This document shows positions 31,647 to 42,895 of a stretch of 64,000 bases of DNA, one piece after another (the stretch's first letter is position 1; each line of letters begins with the position of its first letter). A program made the position numbers and the translations under genes. The notes beneath the pieces are model-generated. The model saw only the letters and a list, made by a program, of their open reading frames with translations. It was not told where the DNA came from and ran no database searches. The stretch is from NCBI GenBank assembly GCA_963821525.1, contig CAWGED010000008.1, positions 128,001 to 192,000 on the forward strand, read 5' to 3'. Source of the DNA: an uncultured Gemmatimonadales bacterium. GTDB lineage: Bacteria > Gemmatimonadota > Gemmatimonadetes > Gemmatimonadales > GWC2-71-9.

Positions 31647-32009
31647 GTTTCACGGACGGAACAGCCGGCGGAGCAATCGGGATCAGGAGCGAATCAGCCA
31701 TCTGGGCCGACGCGATCCGGGAGATCCCGAGAGTGAGAGCAGCGATCAGAATGAGTCTATAACGGGAAGACATAATGCCCTTCGGTTCAGTCTCACCGGA
31801 TCAGATTCCGGTTTGCTGCGAAGGGTCGCAAACGGTGCGCCATGGGCGGGTGGACCCACACACTCGATAAACAGGCATAGCTGCGATCGTAATGGCCCTG
31901 TCACGCCATTCTGCTCCGGCCAAAATTGCCTCGCTGACAGGGTGTCACAAAAAGCGGTGAAGAGTGAACGGTCGAACGGGTCACGTCTCACGTCTCACGT
32001 CTCACGATG

Positions 32010-33006
32010 TCATCCCCACGTAAGCACCACCTTCCCGAAGGTCTCATCCCGTTCCATGGCACGATGAGCTTCGGCCATGGCGGACATGGGATAGGTGGCA
32101 CCGACGACGGGCCGAAGGGGCGGTGGTTCGTCGGTTCGTCGGTTCGGGGATACGGAGAACAGAGGCAGAACCCGCTCGGTGAATTCGCGCACCAGTGGCA
32201 CTCGCTCCGCGAGCGGCCTTGTCCGCATGACGGTGCCGATTACTTCGAGGCGTTTCCGGAGTATGGGATCGAGATTCGCCTGCGCCTCGGCTCCCTGCAG
32301 GAAGCCAAGCATCACCAGACGACCTCGCGGTGCGAGGACGGCAAGATTGTCGGCGAAAGCCGGACCGCCCAGCACGTCGAGAATCACTTGGACCGGCTCG
32401 GTGAGCGCGGTACGGAACGGGCCTGCGCTGGTATCAATGCCGCGATCCAGCCCGTATTCGCGCGCCCGGGTCGAGCTTCGCGGCGTTGCGGGAAGTGCCG
32501 ATCGTAACGGCGCCCAGCTGCTTCGCGATCTGGGTTGCCGCCGTGCCCACGCCGCTCGCCACGGCGTGGACCAGCACCCGATCTCCAGGTCCAAGCCGTC
32601 CGCGAGTCACCAGCGCATCCCACGCCGTAAGGAACGCCTCGGGAATCGCGGCCGCGTCGGTGAAGGACATTCCTTCGGGAATCGGAAGAGTTTCATCCTG
32701 ATGGACCACAACGAACTCGGCATGAGCTCCGCCTCCGACCAGGCCCATCACCCGGTCGCCGATGCGCCAGCGGGTAACACCAACACCCAGCTCCTCGACC
32801 TCACCGGCGTACTCCATGCCGGGGATGTCGGCGGGCCACCCTGGAGGAGCGGGATAGCGTCCCCGCCGCTGGTGCATGTCGGCACGGTTGAGACCGGCGG
32901 CATGCACCCGCACTCGTATCTGCCCCGGCTCGGGCTCGGGAGTCGGAACCTCCCGGAGCTGGATGACGTCGGGGTCGCCGGCGGCGGTGTAGGTGATGGC
33001 GCGCAT
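32010..33006 (-). CDS. NAD(P)H:quinone oxidoreductase, PIG3/zeta-crystallin family (frameshift ~32465)
   Basis: AGLNRAD..QRRGRYPAPPG, PEAFLTAW, HAVASGVGTAA, FGKVVL. Confidence 0.88.
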
Positions 33007-33014
33007 GGAATGGG

Positions 33015-33134
33015 AGCCGTCAGCCGTCAGCCGTCAGCCGTTTATTAAGCTTGTGGTCTCATAGATGGTAAGTGTAACCCTGATCGAGACAGTGTCAATG
33101 AGCTTCATACGCTGACGGCTGACGGCTGACGGCT
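33015..33134. repeat. Inverted heptamer arms (AGCCGTC)3-4...(GACGGCT)3 around ~70-bp AT-rich spacer
   Basis: Directly visible between divergent qor and tag starts. Confidence 0.9.
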
Positions 33135-33150
33135 CAACAAGGAACCCGAA

Positions 33151-33723
33151 ATGTCCACCTACTGCGATATCGCCCCCACCCACGAATGGCACGGGCCCTA
33201 TCACGCCACCGAGTACGGGTTCCCCCTCACGAGCGACGCCGACCTGTTGGAGCGGCTGGTCCTGGAGATCAACCAGGCGGGACTCTCCTGGCTCACGATC
33301 CTCAAGAAGCGGGAGGCGTTTCGGAAGGCCTATGACGGGTTCGATCCTGAGATTGTAGCCGGTTACAAGGCCAGGGATCGGAAGCGCCTGCTCAACGACC
33401 CGGGGATCATCCGCAACCGGCTCAAGGTGGACGCGGCCATCGCCAACGCGCAGAAGATCCTCGAGCTGCGGAAGTCACACGGCGGCTTTCACGCCTGGCT
33501 CAAGGCCCATCATCCTCTGACGAAAGAGGAATGGGTGAAGCTGTTCAAGCAGAACTTCCGGTTCACCGGCGGTGAGATCGTGGGCGAGTTCCTCATGAGC
33601 ATCGGCTACCTGCCCGGGCGCGCATGCGGAATCCTGTCCGGTCTACGGCAAGATCGTGAAACTCAAGCCGGCTTGGATGGTGCAATCACAGAGGCACGGA
33701 GAACACAGAGCAGGCAGGGATGA
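33151..33723 (+). CDS. tag: DNA-3-methyladenine glycosylase I (frameshift near 33620)
   Basis: YHATEYG, LEINQAGLSWLTILKKR, GIIRNRLKV, FRFTG; shifted-frame HAESC zinc ligands. Confidence 0.9.
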   Translation: MSTYCDIAPTHEWHGPYHATEYGFPLTSDADLLERLVLEINQAGLSWLTILKKREAFRKAYDGFDPEIVAGYKARDRKRLLNDPGIIRNRLKVDAAIANAQKILELRKSHGGFHAWLKAHHPLTKEEWVKLFKQNFRFTGGEIVGEFLMSIGYLPGRACGILSGLRQDRETQAGLDGAITEARRTQSRQG

Positions 33724-33859
33724 AAAGCAAACGCAGAGACGCAGAGGAAAAACAGAATAGCGGTTCTCGGCGTCCTCTGCGCCTCCGCGTTTGTTCTTTT
33801 GTGCTTGGCTCTCAGCACTTGGCCCGCTCACTGCTTACCGCTCACCGCTTACGCGAAGC

Positions 33860-36800
33860 ATGTTCACTCATCTGCACGTCCACTCGCACTTCTCATTCGA
33901 AAGCGGCGTCTCGAGCCCCGAGGTGCTGCTGGATGCTGCGGCTCAGCGTGGGTTCACGGCTCTCGCATGCACCGACACGAACGGCGTCTATGGCGCAGTC
34001 GAGTTTCAGCAGGCGGCGATCGCCCGGGGCATCCGGCCCATCCTGGGCGCCCATCTGGTCTTCGGCGACGAGGAAGCGGTAGTACTGGCGACTGATGAGA
34101 AGGGCTGGGGGGCGGTGTGTCGGGCGGCGACGGGGGTGCATTGGGAATGTCAGAATGAAGATGGCGGAATGGGGAATGGAACAGCAGCTTCAATCTCAAT
34201 CTGAAATCTCGCATCTGAAATCTCTGTCCTCTCTCCTCGCCACCGATCGAGCCGGCCTCATCATTCTCTCATCCAACATTCCTTTTCTAGAGCGCATAGT
34301 CTCGCTGAGCGGACCAGCCGGCATCTACGCCGAACTCCGTCCCGGCAAGGAGCGCCACGCCGTCGGCGCTGCCGCTCGGCGACTGGGAATTCCAGCGGTG
34401 GTGACTAACGCCGTGCAGGTTCGCCAACCCGGAGGACTTCCAGCGGCATCGGCTGCGGACTGCGATCGCGCGGAACGCGACGCTGTCGGAATTGCCGATT
34501 GAGGATGTCTCGATTGCCGATTGAAAAGCGAAATGGAGCCTCGGCGAATCGGCAATCGGCAATCAGCAATCGGCAATCCCTCCGCCTGGCTCCGCTCCGG
34601 CCCGACATTTCCCGCTTCTTCCCCGATTGTCCCGAGGCATTGAGCGCGAGCGAGGAAATCGCCGAACGTTGCGAATACCTCCTGCCGCTGGGCCGGCGAG
34701 TAGTGGCACCCCGTTTTGCCGAGGTGGACGATGCCTTCCAGCGGTTGCGCACGCTGGCCTACGAGGGTGCCGAGCGGCGATACGGCACCATTGCGCCGGT
34801 GACGCGCGACCGGCTGGAGCACGAGCTGGCGATCATCGGCCAGATGAAGTTCGCCGACTACTTCCTGGTGGTGAATGACATCGTGCAGAACGGGCCCACC
34901 CATTGCGGCCGCGGCTCCGTCGCCAATTCGATCGTGAGCTACTCCCTCGGCATCACCCACGTGGATCCGCTCGGCGCCGGGCTCCTGTTCGAGCGCTTCC
35001 TCAATCCGGAGCGGAAGGATCCGCCCGACATCGATCTCGACTTCCCCTGGGACGAGCGGGACCACGTTCTCGCGTATGTCTTCCGGAAGTATCCCCATCC
35101 TGCGGTCGGCCATGGTGGCCAATCACAACTGTTTCCGGCTGCGCGGCGCGTTGCGCGAGGTGGCCAAGGTGCACGGCCGGCCCGCCGGGAGAGATCCGCG
35201 AGGTCACCCGCCGGATCCCCTGGTTCAGCGAGGACGATCCGCTGGAAGAGGTGATCGCCACCCACCCCAACTTCCAGGGACTCGACCTGCCGGCCATCTG
35301 GCGGCGATCTGGCGAGGATGGCCCAGCCGCTGGTCGGAACTGCCGCGCCACCTGTCACTGCATCCCGGCGGCGTGGTGATCGTCCCCACGACGCTGACCG
35401 ACTACGTGCCGATGGAGCGCGCGGCCAAGGTGCTCGAGGGATCTCCCGGCCTCACCGTGCCCGTCATCCAGTTCGAGAAGGACGGCACCGAAGACGCCGG
35501 CCTGGTGAAGATCGACCTCCTCGGCAACCGCTCGCTCGCGGTCATTCGCGACGCGATCGCCGCCGTGAAGGACCACACCGGCCGGCAGATCGACTACACC
35601 TCCTCGGACCCGGAGGACGACGAGCCGACCCGGGCGCTCTTCCGCACCGGGCAGACGATGGGCGTCTTCTACACCGAGAGCCCCGCCTCGCGGCAGCTCT
35701 GCGCCAAGTCCCAGGCCGACACCTTCGACCTGCTGGTGCTCAACACCAGCATCATCCGCCCGGCGTCCAACCGGTTCATCCGGATCTACCTGGAGCGGCT
35801 CCACGGCGAGCCCTACGAGCCGCTCGATCCCTGTCTGCGCGACACTCTGGCCGAGACCTTCGGCGTGATGGTGTACCAGGAGGACGTGGTGAACGTCTGC
35901 TGCGATATTCGCCGGAATGCCGCTCGCCACCGGCGACGGACTGCGGAAGGCGCTCTCCAAGAAGCGGCCGGTCAAGCAGCTCGCCTCCTATGCCGAGGAG
36001 TTCTTCGCCGGCGCCGCGGCGCTGGGTCGCGACATCGAAACGGCGAAGAAGGTGTGGGAGATGGTGATGTCCTTCGCCGGCTACAGCTTCTGCAAGGGAC
36101 ACTCGTGCTCCTACATCCAGGTGGCGCAGCAGTCCTGCTATCTCCGGGCCCACTATCCCGCCGAGTTCATGGCCGGGGTGCTGGCCAACGGCGGCGGGTT
36201 CTATCACCCGTTCGCCTACGTCGCGGAGGCGATGCGGATGGGGCTCACCATCCTGCCGCCCGACGTGAACGCGAGCGAATTCCGTACGACCGGGCGCGGG
36301 CGGGAGGTGAGAATCGGGCTGCAGTTTGTAAAGGGACTGTCGGCGAAAGCAGCCGAGACAAGTGTCGATTGCGGCTTGCGGCATGCTGATTGTTCTGCTG
36401 ACTCGTCAATCGGCAATCAGCAATCGGCAATCAGCAATCCCGATATATCGCTGGACAACCTGCGCACCCGGCCTTGGCGACTCCGACGACTGTCGCACCC
36501 TGGTCAAGGTCGGCGCATTGGATTCCATAAAGGGAGATCGCACTCGCCCAATGCTCCTGTGGGAAGTCGATTCGATTCAGGAAACGCCGAGGGATAGCAA
36601 TACGGTCTCACTTGATATCGAGCCACCGAGACGCTCGCCTCGCAGCATCGGGATCCAGCTTCCTGCCGAGCCTCCGCGCCTTCGAGCCGCCGCCTCTTCG
36701 TGAGTACAGCACAGACCGCCGCCGCCGAGCGGAATACGAGCTGCTGGGTTTCACGACCGACAGCCACCCGATGCATCTTCACGCGGCCGATCTCGCCCGG

Positions 36801-37184
36801 TTCCGGGTCACCAAGAGCACCGAGCTGGCAGATCATGTCGGGGAATCGGTGCTCTGCTGCGGCATGCTGACCACCTCGAAGCCCATCAGCACCATCACCG
36901 AGGAGCCGATGGAGTTCGCTACGTTTGACGACGGCTATGGCCTGATCGAAACCGTGCTGTTCCCCCGGGTCTTCCGCGAACGAGGGCACGTCCTGTTCGA
37001 CCAGGGACCCTTCGTTTTCCGGGGCAAGGTGGATGAGGAGTTCGGAGCTATTACGGTGGCAATCACGGGCATCGATCGACTGGAGAGGATGATAGAGAAG
37101 GCGAGGAAGGGCGGGAAGGGCGGACAGGGCGGGATCAAGGCGGAATGGCGGAATGGCGGAATGGCGGAATGGCGGATCGAGTAA
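33860..37184 (+). CDS. dnaE2: Error-prone DNA polymerase III alpha subunit (multiple frameshifts, repeat insertions)
   Basis: PHP HLHVHS/TDTN; GRGSVANS; PPDIDLDF; LVKIDLLG; VYQED; FAGYSFCKGH; C-terminal OB fold. Confidence 0.85.
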
Positions 37185-37336
37185 GCACCTGCGGAAGGGC
37201 TGCAAGAGATTGGGACGACACTCTTTGTGCCCTTCGTGTCTTCGTGTTGAACAGTTGAAGTTCTCTGCGTCCTCTGCGTCTCTGCGTTTGATTCAGGGTG
37301 ACTGAAATGGGAAAGTGAACGCGAGGGAGTAGGCCT

Positions 37337-37873
37337 GTGACCAAATGGCTCCTCATCGTCGGCGGAGTCCTGGTCGGCCTGATTCTCCTGCTAGTCCTCG
37401 TGGGCTTCATACTCCCCCGCGAGCATACCGTGGCGAGCCGGGTAACGCTGCATCAACCGCCCGACTCGGTGTTCGCCGTGGTCCGTGACATCGGCGCAAT
37501 CTCCAGTTGGTGGCCGACGGTCAAACAGGTCAGCCGACGAAACGATCCCCAGGGAAAGGAGATCTGGGACGAGACCATGGGAGACGGCATGAAGATGGGT
37601 CTCGAGGTCGCCGCGGTAGAGCCACCCGGAATGATCCAGACCGTGATCGTGGGGGACGCTCCCTTCGGAGGCTCCTGGACCACGCGCATCGAACCTGTGC
37701 CGGGAGGGAGCACGGTCACCGTCACCGAGGATGGATGGGTCTCCAATCCTATTTTCCGGGTCATTTCCCGCCTGATGGGCCACCACCATACGATGGACGA
37801 TTACCTCACGGCACTCGGCTCCCGCTTCGGAGAGCAGGTGTCACCAACAGTCATTCGCCCGGTGAACCGTTGA
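37337..37873 (+). CDS. SRPBCC/START-family protein with N-terminal anchor
   Basis: LPREH..SR.....PPDSVF...D..WWP; GSW...IEP..GG.TVTVTEDG. Confidence 0.8.
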   Translation: MTKWLLIVGGVLVGLILLLVLVGFILPREHTVASRVTLHQPPDSVFAVVRDIGAISSWWPTVKQVSRRNDPQGKEIWDETMGDGMKMGLEVAAVEPPGMIQTVIVGDAPFGGSWTTRIEPVPGGSTVTVTEDGWVSNPIFRVISRLMGHHHTMDDYLTALGSRFGEQVSPTVIRPVNR

Positions 37874-37894
37874 AGCCCGAGCGGCATCAGCGGA

Positions 37895-39103
37895 ATGCAC
37901 TCGCTTCTGTCGGCGACAGAATGCACGATACCTGGCTCAATCGCCATCAGCGTATGGCCGGCTTCACCACCGCCGAATCTGCGGCGCAAGCTTCGGAACC
38001 CACGCGACTCCGAGGGACCGCCCTCGGCAAGCGGATTGAAGCTCGAGACCATTTCCACCGCATTCAGCGAACCGCTCTTTCTTACCTTTGCCCCCGGGGA
38101 CGCGACTCGACTCTTCGTAGTCGAAAAGGATGGGCTCATCCGCATCCTGGAAAACGGAGCGATCCTTCCCTGCGCCGTTTCTCGACCTGACCGCATCACC
38201 ACCAAGGACAACGAACAGGGACTCCTGGGTCTCGCGTTCGCCCCGGACTACGAGACCTCCGGCCGCTTCTACGTGAACTATACCACGGACGGGAGTACGC
38301 CGGGAGGCAAATCGGTAATCGCTCGGTACCATGTCTCCTCCGATCCCGAATTGGCCGATGCGGCGAGCGACACCACGATCCTCGAGGTCGATCAACCCTA
38401 TACCAATCACAACGGGGGCATGATCGTCTTCGGCCCCGACGGATTTCTCTACGTGGGATTCGGGGACGGCGGGAACGCCGGCGATCCCCAGGGGCACGGC
38501 CAGAACCGGAATGATCTGCTCGGCTCGCTGCTCCGGATCGACGTGAGCGGCGCCGGATACACCATACCGCCCGATAATCCCTTCGCGGGGACGGCGGCGT
38601 ACGGAGCGAACTGTGGAACTACGGCCTGCGGAATCCCTGGCGATTCAGCTTCGACCGGCAGACCGGCGAGCTGTACATCGCGGATGTGGGACAGGGAGAC
38701 CGGGAAGAGGTGGACGTGCAGCCGGCGATCCGGCGGCGGGGAGAACTACGGATGGAACACGATGGAAGGATCCGAGTGTTATCCCCCCGGCTCCAGTTGC
38801 GACAAGAGCGGCCTGACCCTGCCGGTGCTCGAGTACGACCACGGAGCGGGCTGCTCGATCACCGGAGGATACGTCTATCGGGGAACCGCTCTGCCGGACA
38901 TCGTGGGCACTTACTTCTACTCCGATTACTGCGCCGGATTCCTTCGCAGCTTCAAGTGGCAGGGCGGGATGATCACCGAGCAGCAATCCTGGCCGGGAGC
39001 GCAGCCCCCGGGGAATGTCACCAGCTTCGGAGAGGACTCAGCGGGAGAACTCTACATCCTGACCATACAGGGTGGGGTCTACAAGCTCGTCGCCGAGCCC
39101 TAG
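37895..39103 (+). CDS. PQQ-dependent sugar (glucose/sorbosone) dehydrogenase family; start uncertain, internal frameshifts
   Basis: [38 protein letters not shown] (shifted frame), [15 protein letters not shown]. Confidence 0.88.
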   Translation: MHSLLSATECTIPGSIAISVWPASPPPNLRRKLRNPRDSEGPPSASGLKLETISTAFSEPLFLTFAPGDATRLFVVEKDGLIRILENGAILPCAVSRPDRITTKDNEQGLLGLAFAPDYETSGRFYVNYTTDGSTPGGKSVIARYHVSSDPELADAASDTTILEVDQPYTNHNGGMIVFGPDGFLYVGFGDGGNAGDPQGHGQNRNDLLGSLLRIDVSGAGYTIPPDNPFAGTAAYGANCGTTACGIPGDSASTGRPASCTSRMWDRETGKRWTCSRRSGGGENYGWNTMEGSECYPPGSSCDKSGLTLPVLEYDHGAGCSITGGYVYRGTALPDIVGTYFYSDYCAGFLRSFKWQGGMITEQQSWPGAQPPGNVTSFGEDSAGELYILTIQGGVYKLVAEP

Positions 39104-39104
39104 C

Positions 39105-40049
39105 GTGGTGGGCGACCTCTTCTCCCCACCCCGGAGGAGCTCCCCGATTTCAAGGGCTTGGCCGACCGGCTTCCGCCTGAGATTCTGTTTGGCACTTCGT
39201 CGTGGAACTATCCCGGATGGAAAGGCCTGGTCTACCACCAGGACTATCCCAAGAACGGGGCCGCGGCAAAGATGCTCAGCGGAGTACGTGAAGTTCCCGC
39301 TCTTTCGCACCATCGGAATAGACTCATCGTTCTACGCTCCGCCGACACCAGAGCAGCTCCAGAAGTACGCCCAGCGGTTGCCGCCAGGATTCCCCTGCGT
39401 GATGAAGGTGTGGGACCGCTTCACGGTGCATACCCTGCCCCGGGCCCGTTACGGGCCACAGGGTGGAGAGCTCAACCCCGATTTTCTCAACGCCGATTTG
39501 TTCCGGTCCGAGGTGCTGGATTTCTACCTGGCGCATTTCCGCGATCACACCGGACCGCTGGTATTCGAGTTCCAGACCATCAGCCGCTCGAGCGGGATCA
39601 GCCCCGAGGACTTCGCCGACCGGTTGGACCGGTTCCTGAGCGTGTTACCACGCGACGCGAGGTACTCGGTGGAAATCAGGAATCGCGAGTTCCTTACGCC
39701 GGCTTACCTGGCCGTGCTCCGGGAGCACAATGTCGCCCACGTGTTCAACTCATGGACCAGGATGCCGTCGATCGGTGACCAGCTCGACGTGCCGGGAGTG
39801 TTCACCGCGCCGTTCATGGTTTCCCGGGTGCTGCTGAGACCAGGCCGGAGTTACAACCAGGCGGTGAACGCGTTCGCGCCGTACGACCGGATTCGCGAGC
39901 CCAATCCCGAGCTGCGGCACGACGTGGCCCGGCTCATCGCCCAAGCCGCGGCGCTCCGGATACCGGCCTACGTGCTGGTGAACAACCGTGCGGAGGGAAG
40001 CGCGCCGCTTACGATTGCGGCGATCGCCGAGATGGTGTCCGGCGCTTGA
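39105..40049 (+). CDS. DUF72 domain protein (frameshift ~39282)
   Basis: [33 protein letters not shown]. Confidence 0.88.
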   Translation: MVGDLFSPPRRSSPISRAWPTGFRLRFCLALRRGTIPDGKAWSTTRTIPRTGPRQRCSAEYVKFPLFRTIGIDSSFYAPPTPEQLQKYAQRLPPGFPCVMKVWDRFTVHTLPRARYGPQGGELNPDFLNADLFRSEVLDFYLAHFRDHTGPLVFEFQTISRSSGISPEDFADRLDRFLSVLPRDARYSVEIRNREFLTPAYLAVLREHNVAHVFNSWTRMPSIGDQLDVPGVFTAPFMVSRVLLRPGRSYNQAVNAFAPYDRIREPNPELRHDVARLIAQAAALRIPAYVLVNNRAEGSAPLTIAAIAEMVSGA

Positions 40050-40407
40050 GCGGAGGCCGGCGGGTCCGGGGACCATCGTGGTCGGGAGACTGGGCGAGGG
40101 CGTGAGCCGAAGCCGACAGGCGGCACGCCTGAACCGCTCCAACGCGGTCGGCAATGCTCACCTCGACCCACCGCCCGAACGACGCGGTCGGGCCGGTGAG
40201 AAAGGGACGGGCCAGCCGGGCAGCCAGCACTTCCTCACGATCCGAGTCGGGGAGACGAAGGACGATCGCCTCGTCGAACAGAAAGGCGAACATCCGGCTC
40301 CGGGTAAAGAACGCGTCGGCGCCAAACATCCGCTTGGTGCTCACTTCGGGCAACGCGAGGATGGCTGCACGCACCAGGTTGTGCACGTCAGTCTTTCCGC
40401 CAGGCAT
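40009..40407 (-). CDS. TfoX/Sxy N-terminal-domain-like protein
   Basis: KRMFG..FF....MFAFL motif. Confidence 0.65.
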   Translation of the reverse strand: MPGGKTDVHNLVRAAILALPEVSTKRMFGADAFFTRSRMFAFLFDEAIVLRLPDSDREEVLAARLARPFLTGPTASFGRWVEVSIADRVGAVQACRLSASAHALAQSPDHDGPRTRRPPLKRRTPSRRSPQS

Positions 40408-40692
40408 TGCTCGATTCCCGGGTGTGGGTGAGTTCAAGGGGCGGAGAAAGTACCGCGTGGCGGTACGCTCCGCTATACCGCCATGCCCGAACAACTCCCG
40501 TAGCACGTAACAAGTTTCGCCGTCCCATACCACGCAGCATCGGGGCCAGTGAGGGCGGGAAGGCACGAAGGCGGACGGCGCGAAACAGATACGTAAAGAC
40601 GGACAACCCGATCTAATTGATTACCGCGAGAAGACCGCGTGATAAGCAGTGACTCCGCGTGCTCCGCGTACGGCTCTTGGGAGGCGGAAGCG

Positions 40693-41890
40693 CTACCGGT
40701 CTAAGTCGGGCTCCACTCCGGCGACAGCGCAAATCCGCAGGATGGTTTCGCCGATCTTGTTGTTCGGAGTGGATGCGCCAGCGGTAACCCCGATGAGCCG
40801 GGCGGTGCCGAGCCAGTCGTCGGCAACCTGCTCCGGCTGCTTCACGTTTGGTTGATAGCGCATCCTGCCGCTCTCAACGTCGATGGCCGAGGCATCCTCG
40901 ATGTGATAGGTCCGTACCCCGCGATTCCGGCTCATCGCCGCGAGATGGGTCGTGTTGCTGGAGTTGTATCCCCCTACCACGATCATCAGGTCGAGCGGCT
41001 CGCTTCAGCAGGGTCACCATCGCGTCCTGCCGCTCCTGGGTGGCGGAGCAGATGGTATCAAACGTCCGGAAATGCTCGGCGAGGTTCGCCTCCCCGTAGC
41101 GCCGCAGCATGCTCTGACGCACTTCGCCGGCGATGGCGAGCGATTCTCCCGACAGCATCGTCGTCTGGTTGGCGAGTCCCACACGCAGCAGATCCCGCTC
41201 GAAATCGAAACCGGGAGACATCGCATGGGAGAAATGACGCGCCAATTCCGCCGCGTCTCCACCGTGCTCGATGAAATCGCAGACCCGCCGGGCCTCGGCC
41301 ATGTCGAATACCACGAGGTAGCGGCCGCCGGGATACTTGGTCACCTGGCTCGCCGTCGCTTTGGTCTCCTCGTGATACGACTTGCCGTGGATGATCGCGG
41401 TGTACCCGTCCCTGGCGTAGGACTCGACCCGCTTCCACACATTGAGGACCGAGCCGCACGTGGTGTCCACCATGACACACCCGATGTCGCGGAGCCGGGC
41501 GAAATCCTCGACCGTGACACCGAAAGCCGGCATGATCACCACGTCGTCGGGCGTTACTACCGAGAAATCGAAGGCGCCGGCCGGACTGCGCTCGAGGAAC
41601 ACCACCCCCATTTCGCGCAGCTTCGCGTTGACGTGGGGGTTGTGGATGATCTCTCCCACCAGAAACAACCGCCGGTCGGGAAACTTCCGGCGCGTCTCGT
41701 ACGCGTACTCGACGGCGCGGTCCACCCCATAGCAGAAGCCGAATTCCCGGGCGAGCAGGAAGGTGAGCGGTCCGGCGGTGAGCCGGAAATCGTTGGCGCG
41801 GAACTGCTCCACCACCGCGCTGTGATAGTCGGCGGTCAGCTGGCCTTCGATAGCCGCCTTGAGACCGAAACCTTTCCTGAAGTAGGTCAT
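40693..41890 (-). CDS. ispH: 4-hydroxy-3-methylbut-2-enyl diphosphate reductase (frameshift ~41003)
   Basis: GFCYGVDRA, IIHN, DTTC, HEET, NQTT, TICSATQERQ, GGYNSSNT, GVTAGASTP. Confidence 0.93.
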
Positions 41891-42429
41891 CAATCCTCGG
41901 GTGCGCTGTCAGCCGGCTCAGCGGTCACGCTGTCGCTCCGGCAGCGGGCCGAATCGGCCACCAGCGGGACGCCGCGAAAAGTGGCCATCACCCGGATGGT
42001 CTCCGGCGTCGAGACGGCATGGAGCCTGGCCTCGAGTCCTCCCTCCAGCATCCCATCACGTCTGGTGAGCATGATCCAACCGGAGTCTCCCTGATACCCC
42101 TTGATCTGGGTCTCCGTAAACCATCGCATGCCGACTGCTGACCTCGGCCGGTGCAGGGAATCCGGCCTGGGATCCATAACCGGATATTCCCCATCCGATA
42201 CACTATCGGAAGGATAAATCGCGAGGCCCATTCCCGCGTCCGAGTCCACCCCGATGACCTCGAGTAACCGGCCCGGAGCGCACCAGGTCGCCCGGGCATT
42301 CGCGATGAGCTTTCCGCTGTCCGACCCGGCCCATTTCGCGTGCAGCTGTCCCGCGGAAGGGCCGGCCGCCGAGCCGTGACAGGCGGTCAGGAGCATGGCC
42401 GTGCCGAACACGATCAGCCGGCCGATCAC
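41890..42429 (-). CDS. Hypothetical lipoprotein
   Basis: Lipobox LTAC; coupled to both neighbours. Confidence 0.7.
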   Translation of the reverse strand: MIGRLIVFGTAMLLTACHGSAAGPSAGQLHAKWAGSDSGKLIANARATWCAPGRLLEVIGVDSDAGMGLAIYPSDSVSDGEYPVMDPRPDSLHRPRSAVGMRWFTETQIKGYQGDSGWIMLTRRDGMLEGGLEARLHAVSTPETIRVMATFRGVPLVADSARCRSDSVTAEPADSAPED

Positions 42430-42884
42430 TTCGCGATCCCGAGCTGGCGGCGCGCGTCTTCGACCGAGAGCGCGAAGGGACGAATCCGCTCTACCAATCC
42501 CTCTGGCAGCGGCCGGGAGACCAGGCTGCGACGGTCGGTGCAGACCAGCACCAGGTGGCCATGCGCGCTGTGCTTGCCGGTCGCGGTATGGATCACCTCG
42601 AAATTCATGGTCAGCGACTTGTTCCCGATTCGGCCGAAATACGCCGCCACCTGGAGATGATCATCCAGGCGAGGAGGATAGTGAAATTCGGTGTGGACCT
42701 GGACTCGCGGCAGGTAGATGTCGTAGGTCTCGAACAGGGTGCCGTAGGGAAGCCCGGCGGCGCGGAACAGCTCCGTTTCCGCCAACTCGAAGAATCGAAC
42801 GTAGGACCCGTAGAAGATGATCCCCGCCAAGTCCACGTCGGACCAGCGGACATACTCTTCGACAGTAAACGGTTGGGCCGGCAT
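42426..42884 (-). CDS. Acyl-CoA thioesterase (YbgC/4HBT family)
   Basis: VRWSDVDLAGIIFYGSYVRFFELAE. Confidence 0.88.
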   Translation of the reverse strand: MPAQPFTVEEYVRWSDVDLAGIIFYGSYVRFFELAETELFRAAGLPYGTLFETYDIYLPRVQVHTEFHYPPRLDDHLQVAAYFGRIGNKSLTMNFEVIHTATGKHSAHGHLVLVCTDRRSLVSRPLPEGLVERIRPFALSVEDARRQLGIAK

Positions 42885-42895
42885 CGCCGGGGAAG

